Assembly (NCBI RefSeq): GCF_016433145.1
Contig: NC_058133.1
Location: 333,664,778 to 333,728,777, forward strand
Origin: Gracilinanus agilis
Lineage: Eukaryota
Direction of reading: 5' to 3'
DNA length: 64,000 bases
A model generated the notes under the pieces. The model searched no databases. It saw only the letters and a list, made by a program, of their open reading frames with translations, and was not told the DNA's origin. This document shows positions 1 to 11,565 of the stretch, one piece after another. Each line of letters starts with the position of its first letter. Within the stretch, counting starts at the first letter, position 1. The translations under genes and the position numbers were made by a program.

Positions 1-184
1 TATAGGTAAATTAATCCATGGGATATTTACAGAGAGTTTGGAAATTAGTTCAAATCCTGCTATGATTCTAAGGAAATGTCCATATTTGTTTTCTATAATG
101 ATTTTATTTTGATTATCAATTAAAGGAGGAACTTGGTATGATTTGGGAATTCTGCCTATCCTATATTACTTTTAAAACAGCCAT

Positions 185-863
185 ATTTTTTGATCCAGCC
201 ATACCATTGCTGGGTTTGTACCCCAAAGAGATCATAAGGAAAAAGGCATGTACAAAAATATTTATAGCTGCACTCTTTGTGGTGGCAAAAAACTGGAAAA
301 TTGAGGGTATGCCCTTCAATTGGGGAATGGATGAACAAATTGTGGTATATGCTGGTGATGAAATACTATTGTGCTCAAAGGAATAATAAACTGGAGGAAT
401 TCCATGTGAACTGGAATGACCTCCAGGAACTGATGCAGAGTGAAAGGAGCAGAACCAGGAGAACATTATACACAGCGATTGATACACTATGGTAAAATCG
501 AATGTAATGGACTTCTCTACTAGCAGCAATGCAATGACCCAGGACAACTCTGAGGGACTTATGAGAAAGAACGCTACCCACATTCAGAGGAAGAACTACA
601 GAAGTGGAAGCACAGAAGAAAAACAACTGCTTGAACACATGGGTTGATGCAGACATGATTGGGGATGTAGACTTGAACACCCTAGTACAACTATCAATAA
701 TACAGAAATAGGTGTGGATTGATGACACATGTTAAAACCAGTAGAAATGCACGTTGGCTATGGGGGGATGGGGGGGCGGAGAGAGGTTGGGATGGTGAAG
801 GGGAGAGTAAGAACTTGAATCATGTAACCATGGAAAATTTTTCCTTTAAAATAAATAAATAAA
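185..863 (+). mobile_element. 5'-truncated marsupial L1 (ORF2 C-terminus plus 3'UTR)
   Basis: Encodes FDPAIPLLGLYPKEI...CTKIFIAALFVVAKNWK; G-rich 3'UTR and AATAAA-rich tail; closely similar to 61740-62440. Boundaries approximate. Confidence 0.9.
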
Positions 864-1164
864 GCAGTGGTATTTAAAAAAAAGAGGTGCTAGACTATGG
901 ATGGAGTGACAGAGTGATGTATGTATACACAAATATACTATGAAACATGGATGGTTCTGATTGCTTTTACTGAACTACTCCCCACCCCCACCCCACACCT
1001 CTTTTATAGTCTTTGTTACAAGGGATAGCTAGATAGATAAAGTTAATGGAAGAGGGAGAATATTCAGAAATAATGACATAAAAATTAAAGACAATTTAAA
1101 AATTAAAGAAAATAACTGCCTGACACTATTTAGCCCAAATAAACATTTGCACTTTTCCCCATAC

Positions 1165-1279
1165 CTGAGCAATCTTAGTTTTCTTTTGCTGGAATTTGCA
1201 GAACTGTAATATTCGGGTTCCTGACTGATCATTAAACTGTTCATGGAATGGATGCAGGAGCTGAACAGTTTCCCCAAAG
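1165..1279 (-). CDS. MDN1: MDN1 exon 38/38 (FGETVQLLHPFHEQFNDQSGTRILQFCKFQQKKTKIAQ)
   Basis: 115 nt; poly-T tract then ctctccaag acceptor, donor GTATGG; phase 2 to 0. Confidence 0.96.
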
Positions 1280-1396
1280 CTTGGAGAGGAAAAAAAAAAA
1301 AAAAACAAAAAACCACGTTTTTGGTAATGATCTAAACAATCAAACCTCAATTTTATCTGGATTTTTTTCCTCCTTGCAATCAAACAGCATACTTAC

Positions 1397-1470
1397 CTGT
1401 ATACAGCAATCTGACCTACTTCCAAAAGGGCCAGAGCATTTCCAATGACAGCCAATGACTCATATGCAAG
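1397..1470 (-). CDS. MDN1: MDN1 exon 37/38 (LAYESLAVIGNALALLEVGQIAVY-S)
   Basis: 74 nt; acceptor ctttttatag, donor GTAAGT; phase 0 to 2. Confidence 0.96.
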
Positions 1471-2515
1471 CTATAAAAAGATAAAGGAGTTGAAAGAAGG
1501 AAAGAAGCATATTAAGTGCCTACTATTCATGAGGCACTGTGTTAAGTACTTTACAAATTTTCTCTCATTTGATCTTGACAGTAACCCTAGGAGGTAGGTG
1601 TTATCATTAACCCTATTTTTATAGTTGCATGACCTGAGGTAGAGTAAATGTCCTGAGTTACATAGCTCTAGTGTCTGAGACTCTCCACATGAGTATTTAC
1701 CTAAGACACAGTCTCCAAGAAGGCAACCCAAAAAAACACGTGTTTTTTTTTTTTTAACTATAGAGGAAAATAATCTCTTCTAGAGATAGGCCCTAATCAA
1801 AGTCAATTTTAGATCGATCAGGGGTAAATAAAATAGAATGGAAAAATAGACTGGGGGTGGGGGAGCCCTGAGAGTGGGGTTACTTATATTTTATAGTATA
1901 TAACATAATACTATCATGCAAGTGCAATTAACTAACATTCTCTAGCAATAGATTAGAACAGTGGTCTTCTGCTTCATTTCTGTTTATTTAAGGAAATGCT
2001 AAGGAAACACATTTAATTAATTAAACAAATTTAAGGAAACACATAAAATTTTGGTTGATATTGGCACAGTGACGCCTTTACTAATCTATTACCCAAAAAA
2101 GTCTATTGTGGATTCATTTAAAAATTTCTGAGCTGTGATCATACTTCAAAGATAGTTTGTCTTATGCATCCTATAGAAAGTTGAACCTGTTCAGATTCAA
2201 CTGACTAGATAGATGATTAATAGCACAGTTCAGTTTAAAAGTTATTGGATAAGTTAATAACTGTCAAAATTATTCCCAATAATCTCAAAATTATTTGTGG
2301 ATTTAAAAAAAAGGCAAATAAACTTATTATTCTATGCTAAAAGACGCACTTCAAACTCTGGGTCTCAATTACAGTATTACACCTTTAATGAACTGATTAG
2401 TACTGTTACCAACTCACATCCACCTCTCTAAAGGCAATTAAAAAAATTTGTTGACTGCCTTATCATCAATGTGCTCATCCTCATGTAAATTATCTTATTT
2501 GTCTTTCCTCTTTAC

Positions 2516-2690
2516 CTGTTTGGTGTGGTTGTCTATCATGCTAGAGGAGTCATCAATGGCCAAACAAATCTGATATTGACGTTTACTGGGCTTGGTCCTT
2601 CGAAGCCAAATTTTGTCCTTCCGAAACTGACTAGCAATGTAAGGAATAACCTTCCGCATATTCAGTCGTTTTCCTGTTCGATAGTCTCCT
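2516..2690 (-). CDS. MDN1: MDN1 exon 36/38 (GDYRTGKRLNMRKVIPYIASQFRKDKIW...LAIDDSSSMIDNHTKQ), contains the MIDAS motif at 2540-2554
   Basis: 175 nt; acceptor aattctcag, donor GTAAAG; phase 2 to 0; DxSxS-type metal-binding motif. Confidence 0.98.
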
Positions 2691-3405
2691 CTGAGAATTT
2701 ATTGGGGAAATGATACATATTAGTCTATCACTTGAAAGGTATTAAAAAAGAAAACACAACCTTAGTGTAATCTTACAAATCAAACTCAAAAGGTATAAAA
2801 TGCATTGTCAGGTGAGTTGAAGGATTCAAATGATGCTGATCACAGTTAAAAATTTGAATGGGAAGAGTCATAGCCAGGCAAACATAAAATGAGAGTTTTA
2901 AAAAATAACATTTTATATAAAATAGTAGTTTAAAAAAATAAAACACAAGCCATTTGGTTCAGTTTGATTTAGAGGAAAAGGGGGAAGAGAGTTGAGAAGC
3001 AGAATCAAAATCACAAATGAACATTCAAATACCCATGATGCTCCTGGATCCAGAGTTCATGGCAAAGACTTTGGTATATACCAAAAATTAACAACTCTCT
3101 TATGAAATGAACATAAGTATGGCAAATATCAGCTAATGTTTTTCAATAGAGGTTAATGAATAAGCTGCATTAATACCAAACAAAATCCCTGGCACAAATT
3201 ACATGGACTCCCCCATGATAAAGCTTACTCCAAGTCACATAAAATACTCAGAATGCCAGCAATACAACAGTATATTCTTTCCCCATAACTAGGTTGTACT
3301 TGTAAGTATGCAAGTGGATAGACTCTAACTGCCAAAATCACAAAGTTTCCTATACACTATAGGTATCTGGTGAACATTACTTAATTACTTGAAAATACAA
3401 CTTAC

Positions 3406-3521
3406 TTTAGCTTGGCTGCTTGGGTAGGCTCTAGGATGAGTCGAAGTTGCTCACAGAGCTGTTGTGAGAGAGGGGAAGTCAGGACAAGGTACTGCTGCCA
3501 CATCTCAGCTGCTGCCTTCTC
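3406..3521 (-). CDS. MDN1: MDN1 exon 35/38 (EKAAAEMWQQYLVLTSPLSQQLCEQLRLILEPTQAAKL-K)
   Basis: 116 nt; acceptor tttgtcccag, donor GTAAGT; phase 0 to 2. Confidence 0.97.
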
Positions 3522-4368
3522 CTGGGACAAAAAATAGAGAAACCCTTGTTACTTCAGAGTAAATTACAAAGGCACTTGAAAGGAAGCTTTGCAAAAAGTG
3601 TCCAAATAGCAATGTTTATTTATTTTTAGCTCTATGCTAACTCAATCACCTTGCCCTGTGCGCCTCATCCTAAAACACTCCATTCCATGAAGAATATGCA
3701 ACCACTCAATTCTAACTGGGGGAGGGGAAAAACTCTATAAGAGAAGATACTCAATAACTCACATTTCTAAATGCGACAATAACTGCTTTTATTTACAAGA
3801 TTCTTTTTTGAATTTTAGTGGATAGGTGTGAGTGCTATAAGAGCCAACCACCTCATCACAGTTCCAAAGGTACATGTTTCCAAAAATGAAGCTGCAACAC
3901 AAGTACAAGTACCTCCAGGAACTAATTTAAGAAATTATTCCCCATGCCACCAGACCAGCATGGTTTTTTCCAAAACATATTATATTAGCACATGTACCTG
4001 TGTGGGTATAATGAGCACTTTAAAAGATCTTTAAAAAGTCATTAATAATAACAATTCTTCCTTGATTAAACCAAGACTGACAAATGCAGGGGAACTACTT
4101 TTACCTCCTTCTCCCTCTCCCTCATTCATGTACCACTGCTTTTGACCACTACATGCTTCATGAGTGCTTCCATCAAGGGTAAAGGAAGAGAAATCAAAGT
4201 GGCTTGAACAAATCAATTTTGTAATTTCTTATTTCAGATAGAAGGTATAATGGTTAAAGAGGTTGAAACTGTTGAATAAAACAAAGTTTTTAAGTTTCAA
4301 TTTTCCATGCCACTATTGTTTACTAATACCAATCAATAAGGAGTATGAAGTTTTCTAAGTCTTTAAAA

Positions 4369-4536
4369 CAGGTGTTGGCAACGTATGGCTCTTTCTGCAG
4401 AAGCCATAAAGTCAATTTTTTTTCAGGCACTGTTACAGGAGTGCACAACTGTGAGCACTGTATGGCTCTCACGAAATTACATTTTAAAAAATGTGGCGTT
4501 TATGGCTTTCACGGCCAAAAAGGTTGCCAACCCCTG
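4369..4536. mobile_element. hAT-superfamily MITE, 168 bp
   Basis: TIRs caggtgttggcaac / gttgccaacccctg; perfect 8-bp TSD ctttaaaa (4361-4368, 4537-4544). Confidence 0.9.
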
Positions 4537-5100
4537 CTTTAAAACAACTGATCCATGTTAAGAATTCTCATAAGAAGAACCCAGGGAATATAGTTCGTTG
4601 GAAGGACTCTGGACTTAAAAGAATCAGAAGAACTGGTTTTCAATCTGAGATCTGCCAGTATAAGCTATGTGACCTCTGGCTCATAACTTCCCCTCACTGG
4701 GCAGAGAAGGAAGTCTTCTTCCAGGCTGCAGGAAGTCTTCCAGTAAGATGGAAGACCCTCATCTTTATCAGCTGCCCTGCCATAGGATGAACCCTGGGGA
4801 CCACTAGGTTTTGATGTCCATCTTGCACTTGAACCTTTAAAGATGTTCTGTTCCCCTACCCCAGTTAAAAGGTGGACTCTGAGAGTAGGAATTCTCTTGA
4901 TTTTTGATTTGTGTTGCCAGCACTTGGCATAGTGCCAGACACACTGTAAGAGCTTAATAAATATTTCCATCCTATCATTCACCTGTAAAATAAATTTTAA
5001 AAGCCCTTCTGGCTTTAAATTGTTAATATTTTGAAGTCTGAGGATTTTTCATGTCAATAACATGGCCCTTGTCTAAAGATAATCTAAAAAGGTCACTCAC

Positions 5101-5190
5101 TTCATCTGGGCATCCAGGCTCTTGATTTTGCCAGGTTTCAAGCTGTCTTTCCAGCTCCTGTCTTAGTTCCCCAACATCTTTCTCAATGTA
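5101..5190 (-). CDS. MDN1: MDN1 exon 34/38 (YIEKDVGELRQELERQLETWQNQEPGCPDE)
   Basis: 90 nt; acceptor ctcttcttag, donor GTGAGT; phase 0 to 0. Confidence 0.94.
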
Positions 5191-5499
5191 CTAAGAAGAG
5201 AAAGCCAGAAATTAGTCCAGTCAAGAATGTGTCCCATGCACCTATAATAGGAAATTTCTTCCTCAGTTTTTTCCCAATGGAAGCTAAATGCCTTGTATAC
5301 CACAAATTGTTAAAAAAAAAAGGAAAAGAAAGGGAAGGGAAGGGGAGGGGAGCGGAGGGAAGGGGAAGAGGGAAAGGGGAAGGGGAAAAGGAAATGTCAT
5401 CATTTGATACCTATTTCCACATTATTCTTTTTTACCATAGAGCAATCTTTTAAAGCTGAAACCCCAAATCATATACCCGTGTAAACAAGTGATGTCATA

Positions 5500-6139
5500 T
5501 AAGTTTTTCTTTTGTGTTTCTACCCCCATAGTTCTTTCTCTCAATGTGGATAGCATTTGTTCTCATAAGTCCCTCAGGAATTTCCTGGATTATTATCCTC
5601 CAGGTTCATCACTCCTTATTACAGGATAGTATTCCATCACCATCATTTACTACAATTTGTTCAGCCATTCCTCGATTGAGAGACAACCCCTCATTTTCTA
5701 ATTTTTTGCCCCTACAAAGAGTGCAGTTACAAATATTTTTGTACATTTTTCCTTATTATCTCTTTGGGGTACAAACCCAGTAGTGGTATTTCTGGATCAA
5801 AGGGTTAGTTTAGTTTATTCCTGTTGGCTCCTAGAGGAGCATAGGGCCGCAATCATCTCATGCCAACGGACTCTGTTCTGGGCAACTTCCCCTATCTAGG
5901 CTCATGTCATTTCGACGGCCTTTGTTTCATTTTCGGCAGATCTTCGCCAGGATCAAAGGGTAGGCATTCTTTTAAAGCCCTTTGTGCATAACTCCAAATT
6001 GCCTTTCAGAAAGGCTGGATTAATTCATAACTCCACCAGCAATGTATTAGTGCTCCAGTTTTGCAACAACCTCTCCGACATTTATTATTTTCCTTTACTG
6101 TCATACTGGCCAATTTTCTAGGTGTGAGGTGATACCTCA
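5500..6139 (-). mobile_element. Older L1 ORF2 3' fragment, interrupted by an RTE insertion
   Basis: Its reverse complement matches the L1 ORF2 3' region seen at 185-560 and 38500-39100. Boundaries approximate. Confidence 0.8.
5806..5949 (-). mobile_element. RTE-clade LINE 3' fragment, 144 bp, inserted into L1
   Basis: 12-bp TSD ggatcaaagggt (5794-5805, 5950-5961). The minus strand reads WRRSAENETKAVEMT*A*IGEVAQNRVRWHEMIAALCSSRSQQE*, the typical RTE ORF C-terminus, followed by an AATAAACTAAACTAA tail. Confidence 0.85.
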
Positions 6140-6199
6140 GTGTGCCACCTTTTTTCTTGATGAATGCCACCTTTTTCTGTGGAGTTTAATATCTGACTC

Positions 6200-8220
6200 A
6201 CCCTCACTCACTCCACCCCAATCTTTGCTTTCACATTCAAGGTATTCAATATACACATAGATAACCTTCCCTCTGTCTCCTTGATTTCTATGCTCTACAT
6301 CCTGGATGTCACCATTACACAAAACTATATATCCAATCATGATTTTTAATTTCTGAAATGATCATTTCTCTTTTGACATTATCTTTCTTCCCCTCCTATC
6401 TCATCTGTCTCCATCTTCCCAAACTTATTCATCTTCACTGTAATTTCCAATCCAGGCCCTTCATTCTTCCCCATTTTCTCAGTCCATTACCTTCACTCTG
6501 GTCTTATTTTCTTTTTTCATAGCTTTGATCCTATGAGATGGCCAGTTCAAACAGAAGATATGAGCCCTGAATCCTCTGCCCCTTATACTCTTGATGCCCT
6601 GCCAACCCTGGACTCTGGGTTACACTCACCATCTTTTTTACTCAGTAAGGTAAAAGTCACAACCCTGCTGGCTGAGTCCTCATGGATGTATCTTAACTGA
6701 CTCCTACCTACAGCCCAATAGTCCTTTTATTCTTCCCTTCTTGATTCCTAAGCATAACTTCCACAACAGTTATGCCTAATCTTCTCACCTCTCCTTAAGC
6801 TCTCTGTACCATTTTCTTCTTCATCCTTGGAAGACTTGCCTCCTATTATGCTAAGAAAATGGGGTTTTGCTGTGGGTTTTCCCTTCTCTCTGACATACTG
6901 TAGGACTCCTCAACATCATTTCCCATGGGCTCCTGTTTTGCTCAGCCTCTGAGAAAGCAATATCACTCCTCGTTGCCTCTTACCCCTCACCTTTAAAACC
7001 CCAAACCCTCTCATCTTCAGTCTCTTATTTTCTCTGGCTTCCTCTCTGCTGCTATTAGCCCTATTCTTCTTGATGGAAAGAATGCTCTCCAAGTTTATCA
7101 AATCTCTAAGTTCACTGTCCAATGGCCTTGTCTTAATCCTCACTCACTCTATATAGTGCTGCCCAGAACCACCTCCTCCCTCTTACTTACTTCTCCCCAA
7201 CTTCCATGATACTACTCTATCAGGTTCCCCCCCTTCTACCTCTATAACTGCCCTTTCTAAGTCTCCTTTGCTAGACTATCATCTATCACACAACCACTAA
7301 GAATGGGCATTTTACAAGCATCTACCCTGAGGCCTCTTCAATCTCTCCTGGTTATGTTGACAACACAGGCTCAATTATTTCTACATAGATGACTCTTCAT
7401 ATCCATTTTCGATCTTCCTTAAATTCCAGCCCTACATCCCCAAGTGCCTGCTGAACAAGCATGGATGTCACGATGGCATTTCAAGCTCAAGAAAAAGTTC
7501 TCACAATCTCCTTCCCTTCTCTCCTACTTCTCAAACCATCCGTCCTGCAAATCTTCCTGTTTCTATTAAGAGTACTATCATGCTCCCATTTACCCAGGTT
7601 AGTTCTGCCCCTCCTAATTCTTCTATCACCGTCTCTATACACTCACATGCCACTCCTTTGTTTAAGTCAGAACCTCTTCAACTTCTTACTTTCCTAATTA
7701 CACTCTCTTCCCTCTCATTTGCCTTTTCCACAAAACTTTAAATTACTATTCATAAACTAAGGGTCTGAACAAGTCACTTCTCTTCTTAAAAATCTGAAAT
7801 GGTTTTCAATTGACTAAAGATAACAAACTCCTTTGGTCTGACACTTATGTCAAGTAACCAATCTACCTCTCGAATCTTACCTCCTATTCATTCTCTGCTT
7901 GCATTGGATGTTGTAACCAAACTAGTTGTTTCATGCACTTCACATTCTCACATCCACCTCCATGCCTGTGCAAAGGCAGTCCCAACCATCTTTCCTAGAA
8001 CCCACCCCTTTCCTCAACCTTGGGCCTCTTGGCATCCCTCATTTCTTTTAAAGTTCAGCTCAGCAGCCATCTTTCATGAGAAACCTTTTCTGATCTCCAT
8101 AGCTATTAGTGCTCTCTTTCTCCCTAAATTATTTCATCTACTTATTTTTGCATAGAGCCTATCTTCCCAGTAAAAGATAAGCTCCTTGGGGATAGGGACT
8201 ATTTCATTTTTTCTTTGTGT
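6200..8220 (+). mobile_element. Degraded L2 LINE
   Basis: Pyrimidine-rich L2-like body ending in the L2 3' motif ataagctccttggggatagggact. Boundaries approximate. Confidence 0.6.
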
Positions 8221-8297
8221 TTATTGGACTAAATTTGAAAATAATTTTTAAAACCATCATGGCAACTTCTGAAATCAACAATTTGTCAAAGAACTTT

Positions 8298-8469
8298 ACA
8301 CATGTTAAAACCAGTGGAAATGTGCAACGGCTATGGGTGGGGGGGGCAGCGGGAGATGAAGGGGAAAGTAGGAGCTTGAATCATGTAACCATGATAAAAA
8401 TGAATATTAATAAATGATTTTTAAAAAAAAAAGTTAAGGGCTTAAAAATAAACAAACAAATAAAAAAAA
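8298..8469 (+). mobile_element. Severely 5'-truncated L1 3'UTR insertion with two poly(A) tracts
   Basis: Matches the L1 3'UTR at 727-840 and 62287-62400; 10-bp TSD aaagaacttt (8288-8297, 8470-8479). Confidence 0.85.
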
Positions 8470-8484
8470 AAAGAACTTTGATAC

Positions 8485-8648
8485 CTGGAAAGTCGAGTCT
8501 GTGAAGTACTCAGATGCTGTATGGATGATTGACTCCCTGCTTCTCTCTTGCTTTTCATTCTCCATCTTGGTAGGTGATCTGTCTGATCTCTGATCTTGAT
8601 CTTCTTCTAACTTGGTTGGCTGGGTATCCATGTCAGTTTCATCATTGC
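8485..8648 (-). CDS. MDN1: MDN1 exon 33/38 (NDETDMDTQPTKLEEDQD...RSRESIIHTASEYFTDSTFQ)
   Basis: 164 nt; acceptor aacattag, donor GTATCA; phase 1 to 0. Confidence 0.92.
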
Positions 8649-8792
8649 CTAATGTTACATGTAAACATACTATGTTAGTATTTTATCCCGAGCTTCAACA
8701 ACTTGTTATCAATACTTCAGTTAATTTATCATATATTCCTTTGGCACAGTGGTTATTCCATCTTTTATTTATCCTTAAAACATTATTTACTG

Positions 8793-9006
8793 GGGCAGCT
8801 GGGTAGCTCAGTGGAGTGAGAGCCAGGCCTAGAGACAGGAGATCCTAGGTTCAAACCCGGCCTCAGACACTTCCCAGCTGTGTGACCCTGGGCAAGTCTA
8901 ACCCTAAACCCTAACCCATTGCCCACCCTTACCAATCTTCCACCTATGAGACAATACACCGAAGTACAAGGGTTTAAAACAAAACAAAACAAAACAAAAC
9001 AAAACG
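8793..9006 (+). mobile_element. Young opossum-type SINE1 (tRNA-derived head)
   Basis: gggcagctgggtagctcagtgg head, B-box ggttcaaacc, (CAAAA)n tail; perfect 16-bp TSD aaaacattatttactg (8777-8792, 9007-9022). Confidence 0.93.
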
Positions 9007-9091
9007 AAAACATTATTTACTGATCCTTATCTTTTAGTCCTTCATGGGAAAGCCTTCCTTCCCCTCCTACTTTATAAAGGAGTTTGAAGTG

Positions 9092-9262
9092 GGCAGCTAG
9101 GTTGCCCAGGCCTAGTGATAAGGTCCTGGGTTCAAATCGTACCTCAGAACCTTCTCAGCTGCCCTGGACAAGTTCTTTAATCCCCATTGTCTATCCCATA
9201 TTGCTCTTCTGCCATGAAATCAATACACAATATTGATTCTAAGATGGAAGTAAGGGACTAAA
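9092..9262 (+). mobile_element. Older SINE1 copy
   Basis: Degenerate match to the other SINE1 copies. Boundaries approximate. Confidence 0.75.
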
Positions 9263-9475
9263 TTAATTAATTGGTTAATTAATTAATTGGTGAGGGAGTC
9301 TGAGACAAACTGATTTAAGTTTTCTCAAATATCTCCATCTTCATTTCCTCTTAACACTATTCTTATATTTCTTCTACTCTTAGAAGAGGGCTTTGCTCCT
9401 TTCTTTACAGTTTATGCTTCCTTCTGTTTTCTAAACTGCAACATTTCCCCTCAGTCCAAGCGTTGGTCTCACTTT

Positions 9476-9668
9476 TTTTTTAAACCCTTACCTTCTGTTT
9501 TAGAATATACAATACTGTGTATTGGTTCTAAGACAGAAGAGTGAGAAGAGCTAGGGATTGGGGGTTAAGTAACTTGCTCAGGGTCACAGAGCTAAGAAGA
9601 GTCATGCCACATTTGAACCCAGGACCTCTCATCTCTGGGCCTGGATCTCAGTCCACTGAGCTACCTCG
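9476..9668 (-). mobile_element. SINE1 copy, minus strand
   Basis: Begins ttttttttaaacccttaccttc, the reverse complement of the SINE1 tail, and runs to the reverse-complemented head. Confidence 0.85.
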
Positions 9669-10235
9669 CGGCTCCCAGACCCACTATTATCTTGAATCTT
9701 TAGTGATAAAAAGTACTCCTACTCAAGTAGCAGGAGTGAAAGGCACATGTTCTCCAAATAAGCTGACCATAGACTGGCTCTGTATTCTGCATTCTGCACA
9801 TGACTCTGACTCTTTAGTGAGAAGGCACTTAGTTATCAATTGCTTCAGGTTCCATATGGAAGAATTTTTGAGATCAAATAAATCAAATCATTGCATGTGC
9901 CTTCTTTAAGTTATATAACCCCGTGACTCTGGCATGAGCCTAAAAAGTAAACCTATCCATGTTTTTTTAAGATGGAACCTTAGGAAGTTTTCCCCTTCAA
10001 AGTTAGAAGTCAGATTTTCATTATACTCAAAGATGGCTTTTATGTCCTCCTTCAAATCAGGAAGAAACCTAAAATGCTATACAAAACACAAAGCAAGAAT
10101 GATAATGCACTGAAGAATTACAGACTACCATGTCTTGTGATCACTGGGACACAAGTGCAAACTAGTTATGGAAAAAGACATGAGATACACAGCAAAATAC
10201 ATTTTGGTGGGGCAGAAGAGAGATTCTTGGTTTAC

Positions 10236-10403
10236 CTTGGGTTGTTGAGGCACCACATTTGACTTCCTCTGGCTTCAACTCCTGTGTATCTACTGTTCTG
10301 AGATCCTCTTGTTCATCTATTTCCATAGAGGCATCTTCCGAGTTCTCTTCCTGCTCACTGCTGAGGGGCTGAGCAGACTGCTGCTGTTCCTGGCTGGCTA
10401 CAT
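10236..10403 (-). CDS. MDN1: MDN1 exon 32/38 (VASQEQQQSAQP...GASTTQ)
   Basis: 168 nt; acceptor aactatag, donor GTAAAC; phase 1 to 1. Confidence 0.93.
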
Positions 10404-10794
10404 CTATAGTTAAAGCACAAAAATCCATCTAAATCACTGTGCAGAAAATTTAAAGACATACTACGGTACTTCTCTTAATTTTTAATTTCCAAAATTGAAT
10501 TAATGCTACTGGGTAAGTCATGCAAAATACCAGTCTTAGTCCCACTGTGTTGCAGAGAGAAAACTATTGCTCACTATTTTCCACAGATATATAAATAAGT
10601 GAAATAATTTATCAGCACTATGGAAATATATGCCCCAAATAAATATGACAGAATCCATAACATTTATTCATCAGTGCACAGGAGAGGTAGTGTGATTCAG
10701 AACAAAGAACACTGAATTCTAAATCCAAAAACCTGGGTTTGAATCTGGACTCTTGGACACTGACTTAGTTGTCTGACCTTGGCCAACTTACCTA

Positions 10795-11565
10795 TGTAAT
10801 GGGAAAAGGATAGAGATAGGATAAGATTTAAGAGAAGTGGAAATCTATTTTTAAGGCACATACTAGGAACTCAAGGGAAGGGATTTTAGCAGGCATAAGA
10901 CAGAGGAGGAACAGTTTGGAAATGGCAACTGCTAAAGTGAGTGACTTCCTGGAAGAGGAAGTTGGGTTCTTCCTGTCCAGAAGGGTGGAAGAAAGGTGGT
11001 TTGTTGAAGCTTAGTTACCTCAACCTGACTGTGGAGGAGAAACCCCTAAATCATCTTTGGAGGTACTCTGACTGGGAATATCTAGGAAAGGATCTCATAC
11101 CTGTTGTGCTTTCCAGAAAGGTTTTATCTAAAAATCCTGTCAGATCAGCTCTGAGGTTTTACCTCAGGGGTCAGACACCCTGGAGTGGACTTAGCCATAT
11201 GAGAGCAATCATAACGGGTTTTGAAGTCAGCTTTAGAACTAATTCAAACTAACTACTGAGGGTCATAGATAGGTAGCTTAGTCAGCTTTTTGGGAACACC
11301 TAGATAGAAATAGGGAGCTGGTAAGTTAGCTGGAAGACTCAAAGGCTCCCTCTTGTGATGGACGTAAAGGGTTGTTGGGTGAATAGCTGGATCCCTTAGA
11401 GTTAGGGACCCCTTTGTTCTGATCCTGTTTGTATCCCCTCTTATAATAAAAAGAGATACTGATTTTATACATTAAATGTCTCCAAGGCATTTGTGCACAA
11501 CTGGCCTAGTGAGAGAAAGTGATTCTGCTTCACTCTCACTAACCAGAGGTTAGAATACCTTACCA
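10795..11565 (+). mobile_element. Probable solo LTR
   Basis: Starts tgtaat, ends ttacca, has AATAAA near 11446 and interrupts a MIR-like sequence. No clear TSD. Confidence 0.55.

Noticed and set aside
4031-4216. Minus-strand ORF ending near a GAG|GTAAAA donor-like site, considered as an extra MDN1 exon
   Set aside because: There is no midasin similarity, the phase-0 frame contains TGA, and exons 5101 and 3521 join directly in frame.
5320-5392. Purine-rich (GGAAG/GGGAA)n tract with G-quadruplex or triplex potential
   Set aside because: It is an ordinary simple repeat of the kind found in retroelement tails.
8793-8870. tRNA-like A/B boxes in SINE1 heads, considered as tRNA genes
   Set aside because: They are tRNA-derived SINE promoters with no cloverleaf, followed by SINE body, tail and TSDs.
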